Assembly (NCBI GenBank): GCA_041690135.1
Contig: JAWLHY010000007.1
Coordinates: 256,001-320,000 of the forward strand
DNA: 64,000 nucleotides
Direction of reading: 5' to 3'
Source: Armatimonadota bacterium
Lineage (GTDB): Bacteria; Armatimonadota; SYMT01
Below are positions 28,988-40,090 of this stretch, in pieces; the first letter of the stretch is position 1, and the number at the start of each line of letters is the position of its first letter. The notes under the pieces were generated by a model. It saw only the letters and a list, made by a program, of their open reading frames with translations, was not told the origin of the DNA and searched no databases. The position numbers were made by a program, and so were the translations under genes.

Positions 28988-31849
28988 ATGAAGGCCGGTC
29001 AGGGGTCGCGCACGAGGTGGTGCGCAACGAGGGAGATGCCGCGGATGGAGCGATGCCGCCGGGCCACCTGGATCGGAGCCGCCGTGGGCGGGACGCTGGT
29101 TTTGCCGCTCTGGGCGGGATTGGCGGCCGGCGCGGCACCCGACGCCGTGGCGGTGGATTACAACCGCGACGTGCGTCCCATCCTGGCCGAGCACTGTTTC
29201 TCCTGCCACGGTTTCGACGGCGCCACTCGCCAGGCGGATTTGCGCCTGGATACGGCCGAGGGGGCCTACCGGAAATCGAGCGCCGGGCGAGCGGTCGTGA
29301 CCCCGGGTAAACCGGACGGCAGCGACTTGCTCCACCGCGTCACGGCGAAGAATGCCGGGGTAATGCCCCCTCCCGACAGCGGCAGGCGTCTTACTGAGGC
29401 GGAAGTCGACGTACTCCGGCGCTGGATCGCGCAGGGAGCGAAGTACGCGGCGCACTGGGCGTACGTGCCGCCCAGGCTCCCGGAGTTGCCCGCCGTCAAG
29501 CAGGCGGGTTGGGTCCGTAACCCGATCGACCGTTTCATCCTCGCCCGGCTGGAGAAAGCGGGGCTGAAGCCCTCTCCGGAAGCGGACCGCGCTACGCTCC
29601 TGCGGCGCGTTTCCCTGGACCTGACCGGGCTACCACCCACCCCGGCGGAAGTCGACGCCTTCCTCTCCGATCCTGCGCCCGATGCCTACGAGAAGGTGGT
29701 GGATCGTCTCCTCGTCTCGCCGCAGTTCGGGGAGCGGTGGGCGCGCCCCTGGCTGGATCTCGCCCGCTACGCTGACTCCCACGGCTTTCAGCGGGACGAC
29801 CTGCGCGACATCTGGCCGTATCGGGACTGGGTCATCCGAGCCCTGAACGCGGACATGCCGTTCGACCAGTTCACGATCGAACAGCTCGCGGGCGACCTGC
29901 TTCCCGATGCGACCGAAGCCCAGAAAGTAGCGACCGGTTTCCATCGCTGTACGACGACCAACGTGGAGGCCGGGTCCGAACCGGAAGAGACGCGGGTCAA
30001 CCAGGTGATCGACCGCGTCAACACAACGGCGGCGGTGTGGATGGGCACCACTCTGGAGTGCGCGCAGTGCCACGACCACAAGTACGATCCCTTTACCCGT
30101 AAGGATTACTACCGTCTCTTCGCCTACTTCAACAACACGGAACTGGAGGCGGAACGCAGCGATCCCAAGGTCCCCGGCTCCATCCGTTTCCTCGGCCCCA
30201 CCATGACGCTGGCCGATCCGGAGCGAGAGCCGGCGCGCCGGGAAGCACGTACCGAGTTGAAGCGCCTGGATCAGCTACTCGACGACCGCCGTCGCGACCT
30301 GGAGCCGGACCTGGCCGCGTGGGAAGCGGGTCTTGAGAGTGAAATGCCCGGACAGGCTAAACCGGCCCGGAAAGTCCCGGCGGACATCGCCCGGATCTTG
30401 AAAGTGGCGACCGCCAAACGGACTCCGGCCCAGGTCAAGAAGCTGTTGGATTTCCGCCTCGGGGAGGACCCCACCGGCGCCAGGCTTCTCAAAGAACGTG
30501 CCCGGGCCGCGAAGACGCTGGAGGGGCTGGAGGCGCCCAGCACACTGGTGATGAAGGAGCTGCCGCAGCCGCGCCCCACCACGATCTTCATGCGCGGCGA
30601 TTACCGGCAACCGGGAGAGCCCGTCCAGCCCGGAACGCCCGCCCTCTTCCGGCCGGTCGCGGACAGTGGTACCAACCGCCTGGCCCTGGCCCGGTGGCTG
30701 GTGAGCCCCGAAAACCCGCTGGTGGGTCGCGTCGCTGTGAACCGCTGGTGGACCGAAATCTTCGGCCGCGGCATCGTGGCCACCGTCGAGGACTTCGGCG
30801 CCAAAGGCGAACCCCCCACGCACCCGGAGTTGCTGGATTATCTGGCATTCCGATTTTCCACCCCGGCTACGGTAACCACTCCGCAAGGGAGCAGGGGGCA
30901 GGGGGCGGGGGGGCTTGTTCACGAGGACGGGTACGGTCTAGTAGTACGCAAGGGAGCGCCGGGGAAGGGAGCACGGGAGATCCAAAGTGTGCGTACCGTA
31001 GCCGCTTCTGATCCCCGGGGTTCGAATTACGCAATACGAAATACGCATTACGCCGGCACTTCGCCCCTCGTACCTCAACCCACGCACCTATCACAGGGCC
31101 TTGGCTGGAGTATCAAACGCTTGCTGAGGCTCATCGTCACCAGCGCCGCCTACCGGCAGTCGTCCGTGCTGCGGCCGGAGCTGCAGCAGAAGGACCCGGA
31201 GAACCGGCTAGTGTCGCGGGGCCCACGTCACCGGATGGACGCGGAAATGATCCGGGACAGTGCCCTCCGAGCGGCGGGGCTGCTGAGCCTGAAGCAGTTC
31301 GGGCCCCCGATCCGGCCCTACCAGCCGGACGGCCTCTGGAAGAAGGTGGGCGGGGCACCCGTGGAGTACGTGGTGAGCCCTGGTGATGAGCGGCACCGGC
31401 GCGGGTTATACGTCGTCTGGAAGCGCGCCACCCCGTATCCCAGTTTTGTCAATTTCGACGCCACCGCGCGGCTCGCGTGCACGGTGAAACGGTCACGGTC
31501 GAATACCCCGCTGCAGGCCCTGACCCTGTTGAACGATCCGGTGTACGTCGAGGCGGGGATGGCCCTGGCGCGGCGCATCCTCACGGAGAAGCCGTCGGCC
31601 AATGTGGAAGAGCGGATCCGGCACGGTTTCCGCCTCTGCCTGGCGCGCCAGCCGCAGGAGGGAGAGGTCCGGGTCCTCCGACGCCTGTTCGAGGCCCAGT
31701 TGGCGGCCTACCGAGAGGACGGAAAGCCGGCGTGGGATCTCGTCGCGGATTTCCCCAAGGTAGAGAATGTGTCAGCCGAAGAACTGGCGTCCTGGTACGC
31801 CGTTGCTACCACGCTCCTCAACCTGGACGAAATGATCACCAAGGGATAA
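28988..31849 (+). CDS. Planctomycete cytochrome c + DUF1549 + DUF1553 (PSD1) protein
   Basis: [57 protein letters not shown]. Start uncertain (28988-29045). Confidence 0.9.
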   Translation: MKAGQGSRTRWCATREMPRMERCRRATWIGAAVGGTLVLPLWAGLAAGAAPDAVAVDYNRDVRPILAEHCFSCHGFDGATRQADLRLDTAEGAYRKSSAGRAVVTPGKPDGSDLLHRVTAKNAGVMPPPDSGRRLTEAEVDVLRRWIAQGAKYAAHWAYVPPRLPELPAVKQAGWVRNPIDRFILARLEKAGLKPSPEADRATLLRRVSLDLTGLPPTPAEVDAFLSDPAPDAYEKVVDRLLVSPQFGERWARPWLDLARYADSHGFQRDDLRDIWPYRDWVIRALNADMPFDQFTIEQLAGDLLPDATEAQKVATGFHRCTTTNVEAGSEPEETRVNQVIDRVNTTAAVWMGTTLECAQCHDHKYDPFTRKDYYRLFAYFNNTELEAERSDPKVPGSIRFLGPTMTLADPEREPARREARTELKRLDQLLDDRRRDLEPDLAAWEAGLESEMPGQAKPARKVPADIARILKVATAKRTPAQVKKLLDFRLGEDPTGARLLKERARAAKTLEGLEAPSTLVMKELPQPRPTTIFMRGDYRQPGEPVQPGTPALFRPVADSGTNRLALARWLVSPENPLVGRVAVNRWWTEIFGRGIVATVEDFGAKGEPPTHPELLDYLAFRFSTPATVTTPQGSRGQGAGGLVHEDGYGLVVRKGAPGKGAREIQSVRTVAASDPRGSNYAIRNTHYAGTSPLVPQPTHLSQGLGWSIKRLLRLIVTSAAYRQSSVLRPELQQKDPENRLVSRGPRHRMDAEMIRDSALRAAGLLSLKQFGPPIRPYQPDGLWKKVGGAPVEYVVSPGDERHRRGLYVVWKRATPYPSFVNFDATARLACTVKRSRSNTPLQALTLLNDPVYVEAGMALARRILTEKPSANVEERIRHGFRLCLARQPQEGEVRVLRRLFEAQLAAYREDGKPAWDLVADFPKVENVSAEELASWYAVATTLLNLDEMITKG

Positions 31850-31938
31850 CTCTTGGCCGGCGGTGGGGGAAATCTCGCGCAAAGGTTTGCACCCCGAGGA
31901 GTGCGCAAAGATGTGCTGCAAAAGGGGATGGACTACGG

Positions 31939-33411
31939 ATGGATAAACACGGGTTGATTGGAAACTTGCCCGGCCAGATCACCCGGCGCTACTTACTCGG
32001 TCAGGCGAGCGGAGGTCTCGGCCTGGCCGCTCTCGCTGCTCTGATCCAACAAGAAGCAGCCGCCGCCCCTAGCCTCCAGCCCCAAACCCCTGGCCCCCAA
32101 TCCCCGGCCCCCAGCCCCCAACCCATGCCTCACTTTGCGCCCCGGGCGAAGCGGGTCATCTATCTGCACATGATTGGGGCGCCCTCGCACCTGGACCTCT
32201 TCGACTACAAGCCGGAGTTGGTGAAACGGGATGGGCAGGAGTGCCCCGAGGAGCTGACGAAGGGGAAGCGGTTCGCATTCATCGGCGGCAAGCTCACGCT
32301 GGCGGGCACGACGTTCAAGTTCCAGCGGCACGGGCAGAGCGGTCAGGAGCTCTCGGAGTTGCTGCCGCACCTCGGCAAGGTGGCGGACGAGATCGCCGTG
32401 GTGCGTTCCCTGCATTCGGAAGAGATCAACCACGCTCCCGCGCAGATGTTCCTGCATTCCGGCTTTGGGCGCGGGGGCCGGCCCAGTTTCGGGTCGTGGG
32501 TGGTTTACGGCCTGGGAACGGTGAACCGCGACCTCCCGGCCTACGTGGTGCTGCTCTCGGGACCGACGGGTGGGGCCGGGCAGAGCCTCTGGTCCTCCGG
32601 GTTTCTCCCGAGTGTCTACCAGGGGATCCAGTTCCGTTCCAGCGGGGATCCCGTGCTGTTCCTCTCCGACCCGAAGGGCTATCGCGCCGCCGACCGCCGC
32701 CGGGTGCTGGACGCACTCCGGGAACTGAACGAGGCGCGGCTGGGTGAAGTGGGTGATCCCGAGATCGCCACGCGGATCAGCCAGTACGAGCTCTCATTCC
32801 GCATGCAGGCTTCCGTGCCGGAGTTGATGGACCTCTCGAAGGAAGACCCGAAGACCCTCGCCCTGTACGGTGCAGAACCGGGGAAGGCATCGTTCGCGAA
32901 CAACTGCCTCCTGGCTCGCAAGCTGGTGGAGAAGGGGGTGCGCCTGGTCCAGTTGTTCGATGCCGACTGGGACCACCACGGCGGCCTGGAACGCGCTCTT
33001 GCCAACAAATGCAAGCAGGTGGACCAGCCGGTCGCGGCGCTGATCCAGGACCTGAAGCAGCGCGGCATGCTGGACGATACGCTGGTCGTCTGGGGCTCCG
33101 AGTTCGGCCGGACCCCGCTACGCCAGGGCATGAACGGGAACGGGCAGACCACGGCCGCCGGACGCGACCACCACAAGGACGCCTATACCGTGTGGCTGGC
33201 CGGCGGCGGCATCAAGGGGGGCATCTCCTACGGCAAGACCGACGACTTCGGCTTCAACGTGGTGGAGAACCCGGTCCACACCCACGACCTCAACGCCACC
33301 ATCCTCCACCTGCTCGGCCTCAACCACGAGCGACTCACCTACCGTTACCAGGGCCGGGACTTCCGCCTCACCGACGTCCACGGCCGTGTCATCAATGACA
33401 TCCTGACCTAG
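31939..33411 (+). CDS. DUF1501-family protein (Tat-like signal)
   Basis: TRRYLL, AKRVIYL...[36 protein letters not shown]. Confidence 0.9.
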   Translation: MDKHGLIGNLPGQITRRYLLGQASGGLGLAALAALIQQEAAAAPSLQPQTPGPQSPAPSPQPMPHFAPRAKRVIYLHMIGAPSHLDLFDYKPELVKRDGQECPEELTKGKRFAFIGGKLTLAGTTFKFQRHGQSGQELSELLPHLGKVADEIAVVRSLHSEEINHAPAQMFLHSGFGRGGRPSFGSWVVYGLGTVNRDLPAYVVLLSGPTGGAGQSLWSSGFLPSVYQGIQFRSSGDPVLFLSDPKGYRAADRRRVLDALRELNEARLGEVGDPEIATRISQYELSFRMQASVPELMDLSKEDPKTLALYGAEPGKASFANNCLLARKLVEKGVRLVQLFDADWDHHGGLERALANKCKQVDQPVAALIQDLKQRGMLDDTLVVWGSEFGRTPLRQGMNGNGQTTAAGRDHHKDAYTVWLAGGGIKGGISYGKTDDFGFNVVENPVHTHDLNATILHLLGLNHERLTYRYQGRDFRLTDVHGRVINDILT

Positions 33412-34892
33412 GCAAGAAGGTCGCGGACGACGTGTCCATGCACGTCCGTGAGGCGGAAACGGCGGCCCTGGAAGACGTAGTTCAGGCGGGTGTGATCGAC
33501 GCCCAGGAGATGTAGGACTGTCGCCTGGAGGTCGTGGACGTGCACGGCTCCGGGCGTGAAGTGGTCTTTGCTCGGCTGGATGAGGCGACCATCTTTGTCC
33601 GCGATGTTGTAGCCGTAAGCGTCGGTCTGTCCATAGGTAATGCCGCCCTTGATCCCGCCGCCGGCCAGCCAGGTCGAGAAGCATCGGGGATGGTGGTCCC
33701 GCCCGTAGGTCTCCTTCGTCATCTTGCCCTGGCAGTAGCTGGTCCGTCCGAACTCGCCGCCCCAGATCACGATGGTGTCGTCCAGCATGCCCCGCTGCTT
33801 CAGGTCCTGGATCAGGGCGGCGCTGGCCTGATCCGTCTCTTTGCACTGGCCGCGGATCGCGTTGGGCAGGTTGCCGTGCTGGTCCCACCCCTGGTGGTAG
33901 AGCTGGATGAAGCGCACCCCCCGTTCCGCGAGGCGACGCGCCAGGAGGCAGTTGGCCGCGAAGGTACCCGGCTTGCGTGCGTCTTCGCCGTAGAGCTCGA
34001 AGACGTGGTCCGGCTCCTTCGAGAGGTCGGTCACTTCCGGCACGCTGGTCTGCATTCGATAGGCCAGCTCGTATTGGGCGATCCGGCTCTCGATCTCCGG
34101 GTCGAGCTGCCGCTGGAACTGGATCTCGTTGAGCCCCTTCAGCGTGTCCAGCAGCGCCCGGCGGCTGGAGGACGAGACGCCCTCCGGGTTGGTGAGGTAC
34201 AGAACCGGCTCTTTTCCGGAGCGGAACTGTACGCCCTGGAACCGGGAATCGAGGAAGCCACTGCCCCAGAGGCGCGCGTAAAGGGGCTGGTCGCCCTGGC
34301 CGGGAGTCACCAGGACGACGAACGCGGGCAGGTTCTGGTTGGTGGAGCCCAATCCGTAGCTCACCCAGGAGCCCATCGAGGGTCGTCCCGCGATCTGCGA
34401 GCCGGTCTGGAAGAAGGTAATCGCCGGGTCGTGGTTGATCGCCTCGGTCCACATGGAGCGGATGATGCAGAGGTCGTCGGCGACCTTCGCCGTATGTGGC
34501 AGGAGCTCGGAGATCTCCTGGCCGCTTTGTCCGTGCTTGTTGAACTTGAAGGCGGACCCGGCGAGCGGGAGCGCGGCCTGGTTGGCGCTCATTCCCGTCA
34601 GGCGCTGGTTTCCGCGCACCTCATCCGGCAGCGGCTCCCCGTGCTTCTGGTTGAGCAAGGGCTTGTAGTCGAACAATTCCTGGGCCGCGGGCCCGCCGCT
34701 CTGGAACAGGTAGATTACCCGCTTGGCCCTGGGCGCATGGTGCTGTGTGACGGATGCCGCCGGTGCGCCGGCGGCATCGGCCCCCTCCGCGGTGAGGGCC
34801 TGCAGGCCGAGGGCGCCGAGGCTGAACGAGGCTCCCGTGAGGAAGTGGCGGCGCGTAAGCGCGAGGGGATCGAGCGGTTCCATAGGTCTCAC
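33408..34892 (-). CDS. DUF1501-family protein (Tat-like signal)
   Basis: [46 protein letters not shown]. Confidence 0.9.
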   Translation of the reverse strand: MRPMEPLDPLALTRRHFLTGASFSLGALGLQALTAEGADAAGAPAASVTQHHAPRAKRVIYLFQSGGPAAQELFDYKPLLNQKHGEPLPDEVRGNQRLTGMSANQAALPLAGSAFKFNKHGQSGQEISELLPHTAKVADDLCIIRSMWTEAINHDPAITFFQTGSQIAGRPSMGSWVSYGLGSTNQNLPAFVVLVTPGQGDQPLYARLWGSGFLDSRFQGVQFRSGKEPVLYLTNPEGVSSSSRRALLDTLKGLNEIQFQRQLDPEIESRIAQYELAYRMQTSVPEVTDLSKEPDHVFELYGEDARKPGTFAANCLLARRLAERGVRFIQLYHQGWDQHGNLPNAIRGQCKETDQASAALIQDLKQRGMLDDTIVIWGGEFGRTSYCQGKMTKETYGRDHHPRCFSTWLAGGGIKGGITYGQTDAYGYNIADKDGRLIQPSKDHFTPGAVHVHDLQATVLHLLGVDHTRLNYVFQGRRFRLTDVHGHVVRDLLA

Positions 34893-37800
34893 CGTTTCCA
34901 GACGGTCGCGTCCATATTCAAGATCGCCTGCGCGACGACGGTCGCCGCCGCAACCTCGGCGGGAGAAAGCGTGGTGTCCGGCTTGCGGTCGCCGATCTGC
35001 AGCAGCTGCGCCGCTTCTGGCGCTTGCCGGCGGAAATGCTCCAATTGCAGCGCATAGAGGGTGATGAGGAGCTTCTCCTCACCTGGCAGTGGGTCCCGCC
35101 CCGCGAGGCGGCGGAAGGCAAACCGGACCCGCTCCGCGGGGGTCGCCCCACCTTCCTTCAACATCCTCTCTCCCAGCACGCGCGCGGCCTCGACGAACTG
35201 CGGGTCGTTCAGGAGCACCAGCGCCTGAAGCGGCGTGCTGGTGGTCTGACGGCGCGCCACGCACACTTCCCGGCTCACGGCGTCGAAGGCCAGCATGTTC
35301 GGCATCGGGGCCGTACGTTTCAAGACGGAATAGAGGCTGCGGCGGTAAAGATCGGTGCCCACGCTCTGGCGGTACGCCGGGCTCATCACGTTGGCCTCGC
35401 GCCAAAGGTCTCCCGGCTGGTAGGGGCTCACCGGCGGCCCGCCGATCCTTCCGTCCAGCAGTCCGGACGCCGCCAGCGCGAGGTCGCGGATCTGCTCCGC
35501 ACTCAGCCGATGGCTCGGCCCGCGCGCCAGCAGCAGGTTCTCCGGGTCCTTCTGTTGCAGCTCCGGCCGCAGCGCCGAGGCCTGCCGGTAGGTGGCCGAG
35601 AGCACTATCAGCCGAAGGAGCGCCTTGACGTCCCAGCCAAGGCCTCCGGACGAATTTGCAATTGTCAATTTCAAATTGTCAATTGTCAATTGTCCAGGTC
35701 CGGCCCCCTGCCCCTGGCCCCCCTGCGTACTGGTGGCCACTGCCGGTGCGGAGAACCGAGAAGCCAGGTAATCCAGCAACTCCGGATGGGTCGGCAGCTT
35801 GCCCTGGAGCCCGAAGTTGTCGGAAGTTTCCACCAGCCCCTGGCCGAAGAAGAGGGACCAGAAGCGGTTGACGGCGACCCTAGTGGTGAGCGGATGACCG
35901 GGTCGCGTCAGCCACTCCGCCAGGCCGAGGCGGTCCCGGCGGAGCCCCTGGGGGAACGGCATCACGGCCGACGGCGTGCCCCGAGAAACGCGGTTGGCGT
36001 CCGTCTTGGGCGCGTCGTACTGGCCCCGCTCCAGCACGTAGGCGGGCCGCGGCTGCGGCATCTCATCCATTACGGCGACTTCGAACTGGGCGTCCTCGGC
36101 CTGCACCACGGCCTGCCGGGCGCCAGCCACGGCCGCGGCGGCCTGGCGTGCTTCCGGATCGATGGCGGAGAGGTAGAACTCTCGCAGCGCGGCCTCATGC
36201 CCGGCGGGGTTCTTGAGCGCGTCGAGGAGGGTGCGACCGTCGAAGAGTTGCGTCAACTCGAGACCGGAAAGGCTCCGGTTGAAGATCCGGAGGTCGTCGA
36301 TCCGGCCCCCTTTGAAGCCCTTGTCCCGGAACCGCTGCCCGAAGACCAGCGTGTGTTCTCCGGTGCCCTTCACCAGCCGATCCCGGAGGGTCTCCAGCTC
36401 GGCCGGCTTCCCGTTCACGTAGATCTTGAGGCCGGCGGCCCGGCTCGATCCATCGTAACTGACGGAGACGTGCGTCCAGGCGTCTTTCGCGATCGGGGTG
36501 CGAGTCCGGACGCCGATCGCGTTGCCCGGCCAGTGGCGGAACATGCGCGCCGAAAGCTGTCCTTTCTCGAGGATCAGGTCATATCCGTGGGGCCCGGCAT
36601 CGGTGCCGCTGCAGGCCTGGAACACCACGGCTGGCTCGGCGGCGATGCGGGGGTCGTACATCCAGAAGGAGATCGTGAACGGGGTATGCCGGGAGAAGCG
36701 GCCGAGGTTGGGAAAGTTGACGTTGTTCTCCCCGTCGAGCTGGATCGCCTTGCCGTTCTTCCCCGGCACCAGCGGGACTTCATCCAGCCGCGCGCCGTGG
36801 TGAGTCGCGCCCGGCGACTCGTTCCTCAGAGTCGCTCCCTCGAAGCTCTCGAAGCTGAACTTCCCGGTGCGGTCGGGCAGGGGATCGACCTTCGGTCGTG
36901 AAGTCAGCCAGTTCCGGAAGCGCTCTTCGGCGCCCGTGCGGGCGGCAGCGAGTGTTTGCTCCGCCTGCTGCAGGGCCTGCCGCGCCTGGGCAAGCTGCTG
37001 CTCCTGCGGAGGGGTGGGGAGGAGCAGGGAGGGGGAGGGCACGATGTCCGCGCGGTCGTAGAGGCCGTGCTCGTCGATGCTGTTGAAGAAGGCGGATAGG
37101 GAGTAGTAATCCCGGTGTGAAATCGGGTCAAACTTGTGGTCGTGACAGCGCGCGCACTCCAGCGTCAGGCCCAGGAATGCGGTTCCGAAGGTGTTGACTC
37201 GATCCGCTACCGCCTCGAGGCGCCATTCCTCCGGCACGCTCCCACCTTCGTTTGTCATCCGATGGATCCGGTTGAAGGCGGTGGCCAGCCGCTGTTCCCG
37301 CGTGGCGTTGGGCAGGAGGTCCCCCGCCACCTGGTAGGTGATAAACCGGTCGTACGGGAGATTGTTGTTGAAGGCCTGAACGACCCAGTCCCGGTACGGC
37401 CAGGTGGGAGAGAGCTGGTCGCTCTGGTAACCGTAGCTGTCCGCGTAACGCGCGACATCCAGCCACGGCACGGCCATCTGTTCCCCAAACCGGGGGCTGG
37501 TGAGCAGGCGGTCTACTACCTTCTCATAGGCCTGGGGCGCCCGGTCGGTGAGGAACGCCTCCAACTCCGCCGGAGTGGGCGGGAGACCGGTTAGGTCGAG
37601 GGTGACCCGGCGCAGCCAGTCGCTCCGGCTCGCTTCGGGGGAGGGCTTTAGCCCCGCTTTCTCCAGCCGGGCCAGGACGAAGCGGTCGATCTCGTTGCGG
37701 CACCAGCCGGCATTTTTCACTGCTGGCACGGGCACCCGGGCCGGCAGCGGGACGAAAGACCAGTGCGCCTCGTACTTCGCGCCCTGCGCCACCCACCGGC

Positions 37801-38272
37801 GCAGCAGTTCCTTTTGGGCCGGGGACAGCTTCCGGTGGGAAGCGACCGGCGGCATCAGGAGCGCCTGCTGTTTGGCGAAGACGCGCGCGATCAACCGGCT
37901 CTTCTCCGGCTTGCCGGGCGACAGTACCCCCCGTGCGAGCGCCTCTTCCCGGATGTCCAGGCGTAGTCCCGCGGCGCGGGTGTTCTTGTCCGGACCGTGG
38001 CACTGGAAGCAGTTGTCCGACAGGATCGGGCGGATGTCGCGGTTGTAGGAAATGAGCTGGGCACTGGGCTTTGGGCTTTGGGCTTTGGGCGTTGGAGATA
38101 CCGGCTTTTGCCGGCTGGAGCGGAAGGGGGTCTGTTTCTTTGCTCCCGCCTTCGGGGTCGTTGGTTTTGCGCCGGCGGTGCCGGCCAGCGTGGCCAGGGT
38201 GACCAGGGTCAGGAGGGAACCGGCTGCACTGCCGGCACGAGGACTGCGGAAGAGAACCACGAAACTCACCAA
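34889..38272 (-). CDS. Planctomycete cytochrome c + DUF1549 + LamG-like + DUF1553 protein
   Basis: [26 protein letters not shown], LamG pattern WTHV...YDGS....YVNG..G.IDDLRIFNR, THPELLD. Confidence 0.9.
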   Translation of the reverse strand: MVSFVVLFRSPRAGSAAGSLLTLVTLATLAGTAGAKPTTPKAGAKKQTPFRSSRQKPVSPTPKAQSPKPSAQLISYNRDIRPILSDNCFQCHGPDKNTRAAGLRLDIREEALARGVLSPGKPEKSRLIARVFAKQQALLMPPVASHRKLSPAQKELLRRWVAQGAKYEAHWSFVPLPARVPVPAVKNAGWCRNEIDRFVLARLEKAGLKPSPEASRSDWLRRVTLDLTGLPPTPAELEAFLTDRAPQAYEKVVDRLLTSPRFGEQMAVPWLDVARYADSYGYQSDQLSPTWPYRDWVVQAFNNNLPYDRFITYQVAGDLLPNATREQRLATAFNRIHRMTNEGGSVPEEWRLEAVADRVNTFGTAFLGLTLECARCHDHKFDPISHRDYYSLSAFFNSIDEHGLYDRADIVPSPSLLLPTPPQEQQLAQARQALQQAEQTLAAARTGAEERFRNWLTSRPKVDPLPDRTGKFSFESFEGATLRNESPGATHHGARLDEVPLVPGKNGKAIQLDGENNVNFPNLGRFSRHTPFTISFWMYDPRIAAEPAVVFQACSGTDAGPHGYDLILEKGQLSARMFRHWPGNAIGVRTRTPIAKDAWTHVSVSYDGSSRAAGLKIYVNGKPAELETLRDRLVKGTGEHTLVFGQRFRDKGFKGGRIDDLRIFNRSLSGLELTQLFDGRTLLDALKNPAGHEAALREFYLSAIDPEARQAAAAVAGARQAVVQAEDAQFEVAVMDEMPQPRPAYVLERGQYDAPKTDANRVSRGTPSAVMPFPQGLRRDRLGLAEWLTRPGHPLTTRVAVNRFWSLFFGQGLVETSDNFGLQGKLPTHPELLDYLASRFSAPAVATSTQGGQGQGAGPGQLTIDNLKLTIANSSGGLGWDVKALLRLIVLSATYRQASALRPELQQKDPENLLLARGPSHRLSAEQIRDLALAASGLLDGRIGGPPVSPYQPGDLWREANVMSPAYRQSVGTDLYRRSLYSVLKRTAPMPNMLAFDAVSREVCVARRQTTSTPLQALVLLNDPQFVEAARVLGERMLKEGGATPAERVRFAFRRLAGRDPLPGEEKLLITLYALQLEHFRRQAPEAAQLLQIGDRKPDTTLSPAEVAAATVVAQAILNMDATVWKR
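35655..35696. repeat. Heptamer tandem array inside the DUF1553 CDS (in frame)
   Basis: tttgcaa ttgtcaa tttcaaa ttgtcaa ttgtcaa ttgtcca. Encodes GQLTIDNLKLTIAN. Confidence 0.85.
38058..38092. repeat. Heptamer array TGGGCTT in the N-terminal linker of a CDS
   Basis: tgggcac tgggctt tgggctt tgggctt tgggcgt. Confidence 0.75.
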
Positions 38273-38369
38273 TCTCTACGAGCCGAACCTGGGGAAGAGG
38301 GAAGCCTTACCCATTTGACAACCGGTGTACCCCGCGGGTTTCTGCGGACGGCTCCGCAACCCCGGGTGA

Positions 38370-38675
38370 CTACTCCTGAACGTAATCGTACACCTGCACT
38401 CGTGCCCAGTGTGCCCGGTTGCGCTCGATGAACTCCTGGTGGAGCGGGTGATCCTGGTACACGTCGTGCCCCTCGGGGTCGTCGAAGATCACCGTCAGCC
38501 CGCAGGCATAGGAGTTGTCCACGACATCTCGCGGGGTGTTGGCCGGGGGACCTGCCCAGATCTGCCGGACCGTGGGCACCTGGCCGAGGATGGTTCGGCA
38601 GTCGTCGATGAGCTTCTGTTGCGCGGCTTCGGGGGCTCCGTCGTTGAGCCAGAAGTAAACGGTATGAATGAACAT
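38370..38675 (-). CDS. Dabb-family (stress-responsive A/B barrel) protein
   Basis: MFIHTVYFWL..., YQDHPLHQEF, VYD end. RBS AGGAG. Confidence 0.88.
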   Translation of the reverse strand: MFIHTVYFWLNDGAPEAAQQKLIDDCRTILGQVPTVRQIWAGPPANTPRDVVDNSYACGLTVIFDDPEGHDVYQDHPLHQEFIERNRAHWARVQVYDYVQE

Positions 38676-39035
38676 GGGACTCCTACGGGTACGGTTGGGC
38701 ACTTCCGGGGTGCTGAGTTGCAAGTTGGAAGGTTGAATGTTGAAGGTTGGAACCCTGGATCAACCTGACGAGTTCGGTTGGGCACTTATGGGTTCCTGAG
38801 TTCCACGCCCCGAAAAGCCTCGGCTGCGTCGGTTAGGAGGGGCTGCATCAGGATTTCAGGGTTCAATCGGCTGAGTCAGCGGTTGCCGAGCCGCCAGGAG
38901 CGGTGTTGGCGTTTCGCCACTGGGGTTCCTCCTCGCCGAAGTCTTGAGATGCGGATTTCACTCTCAAGTGGGGAGTGGGGATCGCTCAATATGTAATTGC
39001 GATCTCTCGTTCGCCAATGAGGCCGGGATAAGGAT

Positions 39036-39848
39036 TTGAATCGGAGACAACTAACCTTCGGGCTTGCGAGTTCTGTGGTCGTGGCACATCCGCTGGCCGG
39101 TGGGGCGGCGACTCCGATGACGCCGGAGTCAGCGTTGATGCGCGCTGTCCGCCTCTTGAAGCAGGGGCGGTTGGACGAGTATGCCGCCGCCTTTCACCCA
39201 GGGGCGCTCGCCGGGGCTTGCGAAATGCTCACCCTGCAGATCAAGCAGGCGGAACGGTCCGGCGATGCCGAGAAGGCGCTGCCACTGTTCCGGGGCTGCC
39301 GAAGTATCGCGGAGGTTCGGCAACTTTCCCGGGCGGCGATGTTTGCAGCCTATCTCCGCAGCGCGCTCGCGCAGGCGCCTGACCTCAAGGAAAGCCTCGC
39401 CGCCAATCTCCAGAGTGTGGTAGGCCACTACCGCCAGGCTCCGGATCTCGCGCATGTAGTCTACCGTGATACGGGGTTGGATCGACGGGGCAAGAGAAAG
39501 ATCGGGGTGTACACGCTTCGGAAGACCGCCGGACGTTGGGGGTTGCTGCTTCCGGGAGACCTTCAACTCCGGGTAACGGTGACTCGGATCCGGTTGAGTG
39601 GGGGTGATCCTTCACGCAAGTTACCGGAGCCACAGGTTTTTCCGTGGGAGGTTGTCGGTCACGTGCGTGAGAGCCCCAGTACGGCTTACATTCTGACGCA
39701 ATTGGTCACACGGGTAGTAGATACCCGCCATGTGGAGTGGAATGCCGTTAGGATCGATGATCGCCAACCGGGGTGGGATCTGATGCTGCGAAAGGAATAT
39801 GCTGCGCTGACCAAACTAGCACAAGAGCGCGGAGGGCGGTTGCGGTAG
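39036..39848 (+). CDS. Hypothetical exported protein
   Basis: 270-aa ORF filling the gap. NRRQL twin-arginine-like signal. Slightly lower GC than its neighbours. Confidence 0.6.
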   Translation: MNRRQLTFGLASSVVVAHPLAGGAATPMTPESALMRAVRLLKQGRLDEYAAAFHPGALAGACEMLTLQIKQAERSGDAEKALPLFRGCRSIAEVRQLSRAAMFAAYLRSALAQAPDLKESLAANLQSVVGHYRQAPDLAHVVYRDTGLDRRGKRKIGVYTLRKTAGRWGLLLPGDLQLRVTVTRIRLSGGDPSRKLPEPQVFPWEVVGHVRESPSTAYILTQLVTRVVDTRHVEWNAVRIDDRQPGWDLMLRKEYAALTKLAQERGGRLR

Positions 39849-40090
39849 TGCAAAAAACCCGGCAATACTTCCAGGCCGTACTGAAATGTGGAAAGGGTGT
39901 TTCGGTCGATTCGTCTGCGTACTGGATCGCTCCGAATAGCTGTTAGCACGTCTGGTGCTTGCCGGGCGCGAACGCCACTTGCCTGGAGTTCCGCAGCCCT
40001 TCATTCGAACGCGGCTAGAATACGCATCACGCTGTCCGAGCGCCGGGCGGATGACCTTCCGCCCGGCAATCCCACGCATACCGCTGCGCA

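Noticed and set aside
30856-31100. Intein or self-splicing intron in DUF1553
   Set aside because: No N-terminal intein block, no HN/C-S-T end motif and no group I/II hallmarks. The insert is short and repeat-derived.
31477-31938. 154-aa N-terminal extension of the first DUF1501 ORF
   Set aside because: It overlaps the upstream DUF1553 gene in another frame. The family-typical start is at 31939.
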